Shown: positions 7,337 through 16,150, counted from the stretch's first letter. The stretch is 52,563 bases of DNA from Candidatus Methanophagales archaeon (GCA_025966525.1 JAPDIG010000002.1:1-52563); one strand, 5' to 3'. The notes: generated from the sequence alone by a model not told the origin. Program-made: numbers and translations.

Positions 7337-9145
7337 TTATATCTCTTCTTCCTCTTCCTTACACCTCTTCTCCGCCCTGCTTATCTCTTCTATCTGATCC
7401 GTTATCCTGTCCTCATCCCATCCATCCAGTTCATCAAATCTATAAGTTTTGTTATTAGAATACAGCAAATAGTCCAAATAAGGATTCCTGACGATTCTGT
7501 TTCTTATTTCACGGCTTATCTCCTCCTCCCAGCCCCTTATGTCCTCTTCCTCCGCCAGAAGTCGCACAAGAACTTGCCTTGTCGCTTCGCCCCTTCTCCT
7601 CTCACGTAAAAACACCACCACTGCACTCGGCATCCTCGCAAGTTCCGGATACCTTTCAAATAGCCTTGAATATTCCTCACCACTTGGTCTGCCCATGTCT
7701 ATCTTTATCTTTGGCTCCCTGTTTATCGTTATCTTATTCCAGCTTAGTGCAGCATTATCAAATTCTGATGCGAGTCTTACCCTCAGCTCTGCTCTGGAAT
7801 TCTTTGGAGGAAATAACAACGCTTCTCCTATCTCCTCTTCTGTTAGTACTCGCTCCGCCCCTATCCTATCCGCTACGCGCTCGTATAGGTCATAATTACA
7901 AAGATTGGTGAAATCAAACGAAGCTGCTATCTCTTTCTCCACTTGCTCATCCATCATGTAGATGCTCCGGTAATCAAATTTACCCTTTGATGTGTATTCA
8001 TATTCAAAATCATCTATTTCATTCTTTATCACCCATAACTTCATCACCCATTCCAGACGCCGCATCACGTATGGGTCCTCAAGCAATCCCTGCCTGAACT
8101 TATCACAAAGCCTCTTAAACGTATCCAAAACATATTTGTCCCAGTAAGATGTCTCTCGTTCCTCAAACAACTCCTCTATTACCGCAAGATAACCCGCCTC
8201 AAGGTAATCAATCGCTAACTCAGTCCTCCCATTTGTTAACTTTATCCGCCAATCACCTTCGGTATTCGTCGAGATGTCTTTAAATGTTTGAAGTGGATTC
8301 CAGATGTCATCTACATGCGAGAGCTTACCGGTTTCTATTGCGTCCAATACATAGGATGTAAGTGCATTATTGAGCAGCCGTGTAACCTCAGAGCGAACAC
8401 CCTCACCTGATGTAATATGCACACGGTATTTATCTTTTGTACTCAACGGCTCGTCACGTGTCGATAATATCGGCCACTGTGAAGGTGATTCAGTGAGAAC
8501 CCGCTTCGAAACCATCGCTTTCGGTGAAATCACATATTTCAACCCTTCTTTCTCTGCTATAAATCCGCCAGCGCCAAAGAATATCTTCCGAAGTACTAAA
8601 AATGGTATGAGCAAATTCTCTTTACCCACAAATTTCCTCCTCTCTACCAGGTATGATTCGTGCGTGCCCCTGCTATATCTCTTGTCTATCTCCACATTTG
8701 CTTTCCAGCATTGGATGTATGTGGTGTCATTCCCTCTTTTCCTTAACTTCTTCCTGTATCTTTCGTTTGCTTTTTCCACTCCTATCTGCATGTATAACTC
8801 TGCCGCTTTATCATATTTCAGCACCTCAAAGGCGTTTCTGCATTCAGGCGTGGCTATCTCCAGGTGACCGCCGGTGCAGATGTAAATCCGAGAGCCATTT
8901 CTCAAAAAGCCATCGTTCCTCCTCCGCAACTTCGAGCATATCGCGTCCGTTCCATCAAAAAAAGTATAATTCTCAAGCGCACGAATCACTTCATCTACAT
9001 GATAAAATCTCGCATATCTGTACAAGCCGGGCGATTCTGAACTTATGCCGACTCTAAATTCGTGCTCCAACCCTTGCCATTTGTTCAAATCGTCCCCCAT
9101 TTTTTTAAAAATGCATTCCTGTTTCTTCTTCTGGCATTCCCTCAT
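7337..9145 (-). CDS. Pup-ligase/deamidase family protein (PafA/Dop-like), paralogue A
   Basis: 602-aa ORF with blocks GLEHEF, RNGSRIYICTGGHLEIATPEC, GTHESYL, LIPFLVLRKIFFGAGGF and ILSTRDEPLSTKDKYRVHI. The first ATG (9145) overlaps the upstream ATPase gene by 41 nt. An internal ATG at 9100 (MGDDLNKW) would begin 4 nt after the ATPase stop codon and may be the true start. Confidence 0.85.
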   Translation of the reverse strand: MRECQKKKQECIFKKMGDDLNKWQGLEHEFRVGISSESPGLYRYARFYHVDEVIRALENYTFFDGTDAICSKLRRRNDGFLRNGSRIYICTGGHLEIATPECRNAFEVLKYDKAAELYMQIGVEKANERYRKKLRKRGNDTTYIQCWKANVEIDKRYSRGTHESYLVERRKFVGKENLLIPFLVLRKIFFGAGGFIAEKEGLKYVISPKAMVSKRVLTESPSQWPILSTRDEPLSTKDKYRVHITSGEGVRSEVTRLLNNALTSYVLDAIETGKLSHVDDIWNPLQTFKDISTNTEGDWRIKLTNGRTELAIDYLEAGYLAVIEELFEERETSYWDKYVLDTFKRLCDKFRQGLLEDPYVMRRLEWVMKLWVIKNEIDDFEYEYTSKGKFDYRSIYMMDEQVEKEIAASFDFTNLCNYDLYERVADRIGAERVLTEEEIGEALLFPPKNSRAELRVRLASEFDNAALSWNKITINREPKIKIDMGRPSGEEYSRLFERYPELARMPSAVVVFLRERRRGEATRQVLVRLLAEEEDIRGWEEEISREIRNRIVRNPYLDYLLYSNNKTYRFDELDGWDEDRITDQIEEISRAEKRCKEEEEEI

Positions 9146-10739
9146 ACCCTGATGCTAATATCTCCTCTGCTCTTCGCTGCACAAACTTGTCAAAACCTTC
9201 TTTCAGGTGCCTCATGTTCACTCCTATTTCTTCTACGCGTTTGTACCGCTTCTGCAGTTCTTCCGTCTTGCTTCCTGCATCCAATATCGCTGCGATTCCC
9301 TCCTTATCCCACATCCTCCTCATATCCTCGTTGTTGATAATTCCTTTTTTAAGCATCAGCAATGTCCTCTCCTCTAACGCCTTGTCCCTCGCATAGTTGA
9401 ATATCTGCGCTATAAACCTCCCGGTTATCGTATCTGCTCTCTTTATCCTCCCTATTTCTGTCTCAACGTACTTATCACTGTACATGTAGCCAATAATCTC
9501 CTTCACCAGATGTGACCTCGCCTCTTCTTCTCCTCCTTCTTCCTTTATCAGGTAGTGGTCAATAGGAATTTTTTTAGCATAGAGCGAGGCAATGGAAGAC
9601 GCAGCTTCCTTATCCGGCTTTGGAACCTCAATTATCTTGTCAAATCTCGCTCTGAATGCGGAATCTATGAGGTACAATCTGTTCGTTGCTCCTACCACCG
9701 TAAGGTGTGGATGCAGAGCATGGAAACCTTCCAACAGGTCCAGCAGTTGCCCGGTGACTCTCTCTGGTGCTCCGGAAGAGCCAGTGTACATGCCCCTTTC
9801 CTGTGCTAACGCATCTATCTCGTCAAAGAAGATTACACCATAGTCATTTTCTCCTTCTTCTAATTTAGCGTTCGCTGCCTCAAACACCATCCGTACATTC
9901 TTCTCTGATTCCCCAAGCCACATGCTGAAAAGTTCCCCCGCGCCTACCTTCACAAATTCACAGTTTGGTAGTGCAGATGCCAATGCCTTTGCACACATCG
10001 TTTTACCGCAGCCTGGAGGACCATACATTAATATTCTCCGAGAACATTCTCCATATTTTGTGTAATCATCAGGGTTTATCATCGGAAGAATAATACTCTT
10101 TATCAATTCCTGTTTTATCTCCTTTAAACCGCCTATGTCATTAAAGCTCACCCCTGGATTCTTTGTGACTTCGTAGCGGGAGAGTTCTTTTGCCTTGTAA
10201 CACTTCTTTATGTCAAACGTGCCTGGAAGAAGCCCCACTTTCATCCCCTCTTTTACCATTTCCTTTTCTTCTTCGCTTAGCCTTTTGTAGAGCCTGCCGC
10301 GTCCTTTCCCGGTTGATATTTCTCCGACCCAGCCCTCGTCGTCCTTCCTTAACTCCTCTATCTCTCCCACCTCTAAATCTACCATCCTATCATACACCTT
10401 TGTGATGCCTATGGTAAATCCACTGGGGTTATTTCTGTCGGGGATGCGTCCGATGAACACATATTTGCCTTCTTTCAGCTCTTCTATTTCTTTCCCGGTA
10501 AGCGTCCCGTAGGGTAAAGCCTTTAATGCACCATTCAAATTCACAATAGCACCTTCTTCAGTCTTTTCTACTACGAATCCACAGTCCAAAGGTGGCGACC
10601 TCGATTTTGATACAAGTTTCTCCAAATCCGCTTTATACGCTTCCGTCTCCTCGTATTTCCTCATCAACCGTCGGTAGTCGCTCTCTAACCGTTCATACTC
10701 GTATCTTGGAATATAGTCTCCTCTTTCTTCCATTTTCAA
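9105..10739 (-). CDS. AAA+ ATPase with coiled-coil and OB-like N-domain (Mpa/ARC-like proteasomal-type unfoldase)
   Basis: 544-aa ORF with an N-terminal heptad-rich helix (YEYERLESDYRRLMRKYEETEAYKADLEKLVSK) followed by beta-rich segments. It has Walker A GPPGCGKT, Walker B VIFFDEIDAL, pore-loop-like MWLG and sensor VVGATNR. A long helical C-terminal extension resembles the Mpa post-AAA region. The likely true start is the ATG at 10733, preceded by GGGGA; the ORF track begins at a TTG at 10739. Confidence 0.85.
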   Translation of the reverse strand: MKMEERGDYIPRYEYERLESDYRRLMRKYEETEAYKADLEKLVSKSRSPPLDCGFVVEKTEEGAIVNLNGALKALPYGTLTGKEIEELKEGKYVFIGRIPDRNNPSGFTIGITKVYDRMVDLEVGEIEELRKDDEGWVGEISTGKGRGRLYKRLSEEEKEMVKEGMKVGLLPGTFDIKKCYKAKELSRYEVTKNPGVSFNDIGGLKEIKQELIKSIILPMINPDDYTKYGECSRRILMYGPPGCGKTMCAKALASALPNCEFVKVGAGELFSMWLGESEKNVRMVFEAANAKLEEGENDYGVIFFDEIDALAQERGMYTGSSGAPERVTGQLLDLLEGFHALHPHLTVVGATNRLYLIDSAFRARFDKIIEVPKPDKEAASSIASLYAKKIPIDHYLIKEEGGEEEARSHLVKEIIGYMYSDKYVETEIGRIKRADTITGRFIAQIFNYARDKALEERTLLMLKKGIINNEDMRRMWDKEGIAAILDAGSKTEELQKRYKRVEEIGVNMRHLKEGFDKFVQRRAEEILASGYEGMPEEETGMHF

Positions 10740-10832
10740 TCCCCTTTAATAGATAAGAATTGATTTTATAAAAATGCATTGCCCCGCCATTGTTTTTATA
10801 TAATTATATTTACAATATATAGTTATAGAAAG
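10740..10832. promoter_or_regulatory. Divergent intergenic region with two TATA-like boxes
   Basis: ttttataaaaa at 10764-10774 is about 30-40 nt upstream of the ATPase ATG on the minus strand. tttttatataatta at 10794-10807 is about 30 nt upstream of the phoU-like ATG at 10833. No experimental TSS is available. Confidence 0.35.
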
Positions 10833-11897
10833 ATGAAAGAGGAGAAGAGGAAAATACAACTTACGGGAGGTTCTACACTCACCATATCGCTTCCTATAAA
10901 GTGGGCAAGAGAAGCGGGCATAAAGCAGGGAGATGAACTGTCTTTAATCCAACGTGCGGATCATTCTCTCCTCGTCATACCGGAGAAGGAGGAAGGAGAG
11001 CAGATAAAATCTGCGGAACTCGAACTCTCAGAGCTCGAAAGCTTTGAGGACAACTTCAGGTATCTTATCGCTCATTACCTCGTTGGATATGACCTTATAA
11101 AGCTTTTATCACCCAGTGGCTTCGGGGCTGAAGAAAGAAAGCGGATAAAGGAGGAGGTGAGGAAGAGGCTGATAGGCATGGAGGTTGTTGGAGAGTCGTC
11201 AAAGGAAATAGTACTCCAAAGCTTTTTGAAATACGAAGATTTTACACTGAGAGATGCGATACGGAGTATGTCTGAGATAATATTGTCAATGCATGGAGAT
11301 GCGATTTCCGCACTTGAAAAAGGCGATCTAAATCTTGCGGAGGATGTTATAGAGCGTGATAACGAGATAGACCGATTTTATTTGCTTATCGTAAGACAGC
11401 TAAAGGCTGCGATGAGCGATCCCGAACTTGCAAAGAAGATAGGTGTGGGCAGGCAGCGCGATAGCCTGGGATACCGAATAATAGTGAAGAGCATGGAGAG
11501 AATAGGCGACCATGTGGAGAACATAGCGAAAAATTCCATTCTGATGAATCCCGAAAGTCATGCATCTGTACATGCACCTGTATCTTTAGGGACTCAAAGC
11601 CTGGAGGGCATAAAAGAGATCGGCTTTCGTACTGAACACATCTTCACCAAGACCCTGGCTTCCTTATCAAACATGGATATGAAAGAGGCGAATGAGACGA
11701 TAAGGGATGCGAATGCGCTGATAGATACGTTAGAGGGAATAAATGAGCGAGTTTTGGCAGAAGAGCTGAGTATTACGGATAAAATACATGTTCTTTCTAT
11801 CCTTGAGAGTTTGGGAAGAATAGCGAAGTATTGCGCTGATATAGCCGAGGTAACGATAAATATGGGGACGTGGATAGCGGGGGAACTGGAATTTTAG
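10833..11897 (+). CDS. phoU: Phosphate uptake regulator (AbrB/SpoVT-type N-domain plus PhoU repeats)
   Basis: The ORF track begins at 10779, but MKEEKRKIQLTGGSTLTISLPIKWARE (a SpoVT/AbrB swapped-hairpin motif) starts at the ATG at 10833. Two PhoU-like helical repeats follow (DNEIDRFY..., ERIGDHVENIA / GRIAKYCADIAE). Confidence 0.8.
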   Translation: MKEEKRKIQLTGGSTLTISLPIKWAREAGIKQGDELSLIQRADHSLLVIPEKEEGEQIKSAELELSELESFEDNFRYLIAHYLVGYDLIKLLSPSGFGAEERKRIKEEVRKRLIGMEVVGESSKEIVLQSFLKYEDFTLRDAIRSMSEIILSMHGDAISALEKGDLNLAEDVIERDNEIDRFYLLIVRQLKAAMSDPELAKKIGVGRQRDSLGYRIIVKSMERIGDHVENIAKNSILMNPESHASVHAPVSLGTQSLEGIKEIGFRTEHIFTKTLASLSNMDMKEANETIRDANALIDTLEGINERVLAEELSITDKIHVLSILESLGRIAKYCADIAEVTINMGTWIAGELEF

Positions 11898-12907
11898 GAC
11901 ATTTCACGGAGAATTTTTAGACTGACAACGCCTCCCGTTACCAAATTTGTGTAGTATATGATCAGTCGCCACAAAACAGTGAACACGCCTAATAGGGGAG
12001 CTGCTACCAATGCTGAATACAGAGATGCAAGACTGACTTCTGCTACGCCGCTGCTGCCTGGAGTCGTAGGGACAGCCACAATTATAAGCAGGATAAACTG
12101 TGCTGCGATTGAGTATATCCATACCGGGTCTGCACCGAAGCCAAGCAGTATGAGCGATGGTATAGCAAACTCCGCGAGCCAGAATGCAAGCGTAAAAATC
12201 AAAGCAAGTCCGATAGTGACTTTACCTTCACACTGAAATCTCCGTATGGCATTATAAAAATTGTCCAGCTCGTGATTGACTTTTTCCTTCATCTCTTCCA
12301 GTCTCCTGTATCTTAGTTTGAACTTTGAAAACAGGAAGTCAATGACTTTCTTTGCTTTTTCTGGCTTCGCAAGACCATAGGCTACAATTGCGACTCCTGC
12401 GCAGAGGCAAACGCCGATGAAAGTGAAGATTGTACATAGAATAATATTCTGGGACAATACCGTTCTAAATAGCAGAAAACTTACTGCTGCGCCAATTGTG
12501 ACTACTACGACATCCAATGCTCTTTCTCCAAAAACCACTGCTGTTCCGTCTCCCACGGTAAACCCGTTTTTATTTAACAGGTAGATTCTTACGGGTTCGC
12601 CACCGAATTGTGACGGGGTGATGCAGGCTGCGAAGTAACTCGCTAAAGTTATTTTTAGTGATTTCAATAATTTCAAATCCTTCTCGCCACCAACGAACTC
12701 GCTCATCAGTTTTAGTCGTGAACCCCAGATTATCCATGCTCCGAAATGCATTCCAATCGCAGATAACAGGTATAAGGGGCGAATTTCAGCAAGAATATCA
12801 TAGGTTGCCAGCGTTGTGGTTAATGAGAGGAGGGCAATTATAGTTATGATGCTTACTGCGAGAGATACTATTAGTAATAGTAATCTTCTGTGGCTATGGT
12901 TTCTCAT
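11894..12907 (-). CDS. Flippase-like integral membrane protein (UPF0104 / LPG-synthase TM-domain family)
   Basis: Polytopic membrane protein. I trimmed the start to the ATG at 12907 (MRNHSHRRLLLLIV...). The longer ORF to 13090 would overlap the srp54 start and has non-protein-like composition. Confidence 0.7.
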   Translation of the reverse strand: MRNHSHRRLLLLIVSLAVSIITIIALLSLTTTLATYDILAEIRPLYLLSAIGMHFGAWIIWGSRLKLMSEFVGGEKDLKLLKSLKITLASYFAACITPSQFGGEPVRIYLLNKNGFTVGDGTAVVFGERALDVVVVTIGAAVSFLLFRTVLSQNIILCTIFTFIGVCLCAGVAIVAYGLAKPEKAKKVIDFLFSKFKLRYRRLEEMKEKVNHELDNFYNAIRRFQCEGKVTIGLALIFTLAFWLAEFAIPSLILLGFGADPVWIYSIAAQFILLIIVAVPTTPGSSGVAEVSLASLYSALVAAPLLGVFTVLWRLIIYYTNLVTGGVVSLKILREMS

Positions 12908-12978
12908 ATGAAAATAGATAAGGGAAAGAAAGTATAAAATTAAATGTAAATTGCAATAAATAGGCATAAGAGGTAGAA

Positions 12979-14328
12979 ATGTTAGAGAAATTAAGCAGTT
13001 CGTTGAAGGGAACGATTTGGAAGATAGCGAGAGCGAAGAGAATAGACAAGCGAATGTTAGATGAGATAGTGCGAGACATTCAGCGGGCATTGATACAGGC
13101 GGATGTTAAGATTTCACTGGTGAAGGAACTCTCGAGTCGCATAAGGGAACGCAGTTTAAAGGAGAAGCTCGCGTTGAATCCGCGCGAGCATGTGATTAAG
13201 GTGGTATATGAGGAGTTGATAAATATCCTAGGAAGGGGTGTGGAGGTCCCTTTAGCGGCGCAGAAAATAATGATGGTGGGCTTGCATGGTTCTGGTAAAA
13301 CATCTTCGTGTGCGAAGCTTGCGCGATATTTTCAAAAGAAGGGGTTAAAGCCTGCGGTTATCTGTGCTGATGTATATAGACCGGCAGCATCCGACCAGCT
13401 AAGGCAATTGTGTGATAAAATAGGCGTTCCCTTTTACGATGGTGCCAATCTACCAGACAGGAATGTGATAGGCATAGTAAAAGCAGGAGTGAAAGAATTT
13501 GAGAAGTATGATGTGGAGATAATAGACACTGCGGGGAGGCATGCGCTGGAAGAGGACATGATAGAGGAGATAAGAGATATAAAGGAGTCTATAAAGCCAG
13601 ATCAGCGATTTCTCATTCTGGATGCGAGCATAGGGCAGCAAGCATCGGTGCAGGCTAAGGCTTTTGATGATGCGATTGGAATTACTGGTATTATTATAAC
13701 CAAAATGGATGGAACCGCAAAGGGCGGTGGGGCGCTTTCCGCGGTCTCAGAAACAAACTCCGGAGTCGCGTTTATAGGCACAGGAGAAAAAATAGATGAT
13801 TTTGAGAAATTTGAACCCGATGGGTTTATCTCCCGGTTGCTTGGAATGGGAGACATAAAGAGTTTGATAGAGATGGCGGAAGAGAGTTTAAAGCCAGAGG
13901 ATGTGGACGTAGATATCTTGAAGGGCAAATTTACGTTAAAGGATTTGTATAAGCAGTTAGAAGCGGTGAAGAAGATGGGACCGATGAAGAAAATAATGCA
14001 GATGCTGCCTTTAGGTGGACTTGGGTTTGATATAGACTTTGACGACACGATGTATCAAGTTACAGAGGATAAACTAAAAAAATTCAAGGTGATGATGGAT
14101 TCGATGACTGAAGAAGAGTTGACCGAGCCGAAAGTAATAGATGGGTCAAGACTGAAAAGAATAGCAAGGGGTTCTGGGACGACAACTGCGGAGGTAAACG
14201 AGCTGATAAAATACCACCGGATGATGCAAAAGATGATGAAAAGTATGACATCAAGAAGAGGAGCAGGGAAAATACCGATGAAAGGGATGAAAATACCGAT
14301 GGGTAAGATGTTGAAGAGGATGAAATAG
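12979..14328 (+). CDS. srp54: Signal recognition particle 54 kDa protein
   Basis: 449-aa ORF with N, G and M domains. Motifs include [35 protein letters not shown] and a Met-rich C-terminus (MMQKMMKSM). GAGGT lies about 6 nt upstream of the ATG. Confidence 0.95.
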   Translation: MLEKLSSSLKGTIWKIARAKRIDKRMLDEIVRDIQRALIQADVKISLVKELSSRIRERSLKEKLALNPREHVIKVVYEELINILGRGVEVPLAAQKIMMVGLHGSGKTSSCAKLARYFQKKGLKPAVICADVYRPAASDQLRQLCDKIGVPFYDGANLPDRNVIGIVKAGVKEFEKYDVEIIDTAGRHALEEDMIEEIRDIKESIKPDQRFLILDASIGQQASVQAKAFDDAIGITGIIITKMDGTAKGGGALSAVSETNSGVAFIGTGEKIDDFEKFEPDGFISRLLGMGDIKSLIEMAEESLKPEDVDVDILKGKFTLKDLYKQLEAVKKMGPMKKIMQMLPLGGLGFDIDFDDTMYQVTEDKLKKFKVMMDSMTEEELTEPKVIDGSRLKRIARGSGTTTAEVNELIKYHRMMQKMMKSMTSRRGAGKIPMKGMKIPMGKMLKRMK

Positions 14329-14368
14329 AAATAGAAGTAAAAGCTCAAGAATCAGGTCAGGTCTTATG

Positions 14369-14740
14369 TTATTCTTGTTCAATACGTAGTTGTGTTTTTG
14401 ATTGTAAAATCGAAAATATTTCTTTTACCTCTTTCTTTCTTTTTTCTATATCTTCAACACTATCTATTCCAAACTTCTTGAACGCAGTCAGTAATTCCTT
14501 TGCAACTTCCGATTTATGTATCCATAAGCAATCAGAACATCCCCAAATAAGACCTCCTGCCTTCGTCTGTATCCATTCGCCACCGGTTCGCTCATCTTCA
14601 CAGGGATAAAAAGGGCAGAAACACCATGTACAGTCCTGACCGGAAAAATGGCATGGATAATATTCACACGTCTCGTCGGGTCCTACGAGTTTCTGTTCAT
14701 CCATTACCCTTTTCAGGTGTTCATAGGCAAGTGGATGCAT
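14369..14740 (-). CDS. Cysteine-rich small-domain protein
   Basis: 123-aa ORF with a dense Cys/aromatic pattern (CEYYPCHF..QDCTWCFCPFYPC....WGCSDCLWIH). This is characteristic of the archaeal cysteine-rich small domain family. Confidence 0.6.
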   Translation of the reverse strand: MHPLAYEHLKRVMDEQKLVGPDETCEYYPCHFSGQDCTWCFCPFYPCEDERTGGEWIQTKAGGLIWGCSDCLWIHKSEVAKELLTAFKKFGIDSVEDIEKRKKEVKEIFSILQSKTQLRIEQE

Positions 14741-14788
14741 GGAATACCTCTCTACTGTTGCGTCAAGAATCTTCCAAAAGGTGTAACG

Positions 14789-14821
14789 AAAAAAATAAAA
14801 AGCAGGGTCCAGTTAGGACCC
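14789..14821 (-). terminator. Hairpin plus T-tract downstream of cytochrome gene 1
   Basis: On the minus strand this reads GGGTCC-TAACT-GGACCC followed by TGCTTTTTATTTTTTT. It begins about 20 nt after the stop codon at 14842-14844. Confidence 0.5.
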
Positions 14822-14841
14822 CCCAGCCCTTGTTTAATTAT

Positions 14842-16032
14842 CTAACGTCTACACTTTGCAAGAAATACAACCACCGCAATAGCAATCACTGCGAATATCA
14901 GTTCGAAACCTGGTGGCTTTGGTGTAGGTGCAGGTGTTTCCGCTGGTGTAGGTGCAGGTGTTTCCGCTGGTATTTCTACTGCTAAGACCCTGTTAATCGT
15001 CTCTTGTGGTATAAAAGAGCCACCTTCACCGAGTATCTCTCCTTCACAACCTTTACAGAGCACTTCTGGGTTTTCATGGCACTCTGCGCATTCCTTTGCC
15101 TTATCTGTAACTGTATGCGGGAACCATGCACCATACCCTGTGTGTGTCGCATTGTCATAAGCAGCAGTCATGTTCATGAACGGTTTTATCTTACCATCAG
15201 CACCGATAGCAAGATGGAAATCGTCAATCACTACTTTCGTTCCCTTTCTGGTATCTAAGTGGCAGTTTACACATTTTGGTGCCCATCCCGTGTGACATGC
15301 AGTACAGTCGAGTTTATCACCGTGTATCTTATGCGCACTTACATCTGGTGAATACTGTGTCACCGGCATTCCCTTGACCGTCTTTCCAGGGCTTTTGTGG
15401 CAATCCTCGCATGACGTCTTGACCGCCTCAAGCTGGCTGGCTACTGCTTCCCCTGAACCATGCATATCTTCCGCGGTATGGCAGTCCGTGCACGTAAGCC
15501 CCTTCTCATAGTGAATATCCGCGGGGTGTGCTACTTCGGCTCCTTCTATCGGAATCTTGCCATGTGCTGGAATCTCCCCTACAAAGGTTGAAGTTTGTTT
15601 CTTGAAGTGGCACTGGTCACATGTCGGCATATTCTTGCTCAAATCTTCCTTATGCGGGTCTTCTCCATGGCACTTTTCGCAGGTGGTAGCATGGCATTTG
15701 GAACAGTTCCACTTCGCATAATACTCATCCATATCAATTCCGAAATGCTTTGCCGCATACTTCTCGTATTCGCCCTTCATCCCCGCGCCGGTGTAATGTA
15801 GCGAAGTCGTAAAGTTTTCAATAACACCAGAATGACAGCTACAACCTCCGAACTCTTCCCCCGCCGCAATCGCTACGCTCACCAGTGATACTGATAACAC
15901 TACGAAAATCATCAAAGGCAATATCTTCTTTACTATCTTCGCTATTGTAGATTTACAAGGGTCTGCGTATCCTGCATTTCCATCTGTTTTTGGCATTTTC
16001 TTCTCCTCCCTAACAAATATCCAGTATTTCAA
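14842..16032 (-). CDS. Multihaem c-type cytochrome with PGF-CTERM archaeal sorting signal
   Basis: 396-aa ORF; the start may be the ATG at 15996 (MPKTDG). It has an N-terminal signal-anchor and eight CxxCH motifs (CSKCH, CEKCH, CDQCH, CTDCH, CEDCH, CTACH, CVNCH, CAECH) plus one CSCH. The C-terminus is a Thr/Pro linker (AETPAPTPAETPAPTP), then KPPGFELIFAVIAIAVVVFLAKCRR (PGF motif, TM helix, basic tail). Confidence 0.85.
   Translation of the reverse strand: MKYWIFVREEKKMPKTDGNAGYADPCKSTIAKIVKKILPLMIFVVLSVSLVSVAIAAGEEFGGCSCHSGVIENFTTSLHYTGAGMKGEYEKYAAKHFGIDMDEYYAKWNCSKCHATTCEKCHGEDPHKEDLSKNMPTCDQCHFKKQTSTFVGEIPAHGKIPIEGAEVAHPADIHYEKGLTCTDCHTAEDMHGSGEAVASQLEAVKTSCEDCHKSPGKTVKGMPVTQYSPDVSAHKIHGDKLDCTACHTGWAPKCVNCHLDTRKGTKVVIDDFHLAIGADGKIKPFMNMTAAYDNATHTGYGAWFPHTVTDKAKECAECHENPEVLCKGCEGEILGEGGSFIPQETINRVLAVEIPAETPAPTPAETPAPTPKPPGFELIFAVIAIAVVVFLAKCRR
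14921..14968. repeat. Perfect 24-nt tandem duplication inside the cytochrome linker
   Basis: ggtgtaggtgcaggtgtttccgct occurs twice back to back (14921-14944 and 14945-14968). It encodes AETPAPTP twice on the minus strand. Confidence 0.9.
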
Positions 16033-16150
16033 TTTAAGATTTATGGACTATAAAAGACTTTCGGTTTTTTTCTGTCATTTGGCAATGAAGCGAAAGACTT
16101 TCTAAATCGTGTATGCTGAATATATTCGCACAAAAATAAAAAATAAGGGG

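Noticed and set aside
9100-9145. The 41-nt overlap between the AAA+ ATPase and the first Pup-ligase paralogue, considered as evidence of a frameshift or fusion.
   Set aside because: The frames differ and both proteins have complete termini. An alternative in-frame ATG at 9100 removes the overlap, so ordinary translational coupling is the simpler explanation.
12908-13090. A 61-codon N-terminal extension of the flippase-like membrane protein ORF.
   Set aside because: The extension overlaps the srp54 start and promoter region and has non-protein-like composition. An internal ATG at 12907 gives a normal positively charged N-terminus followed by a TM helix.
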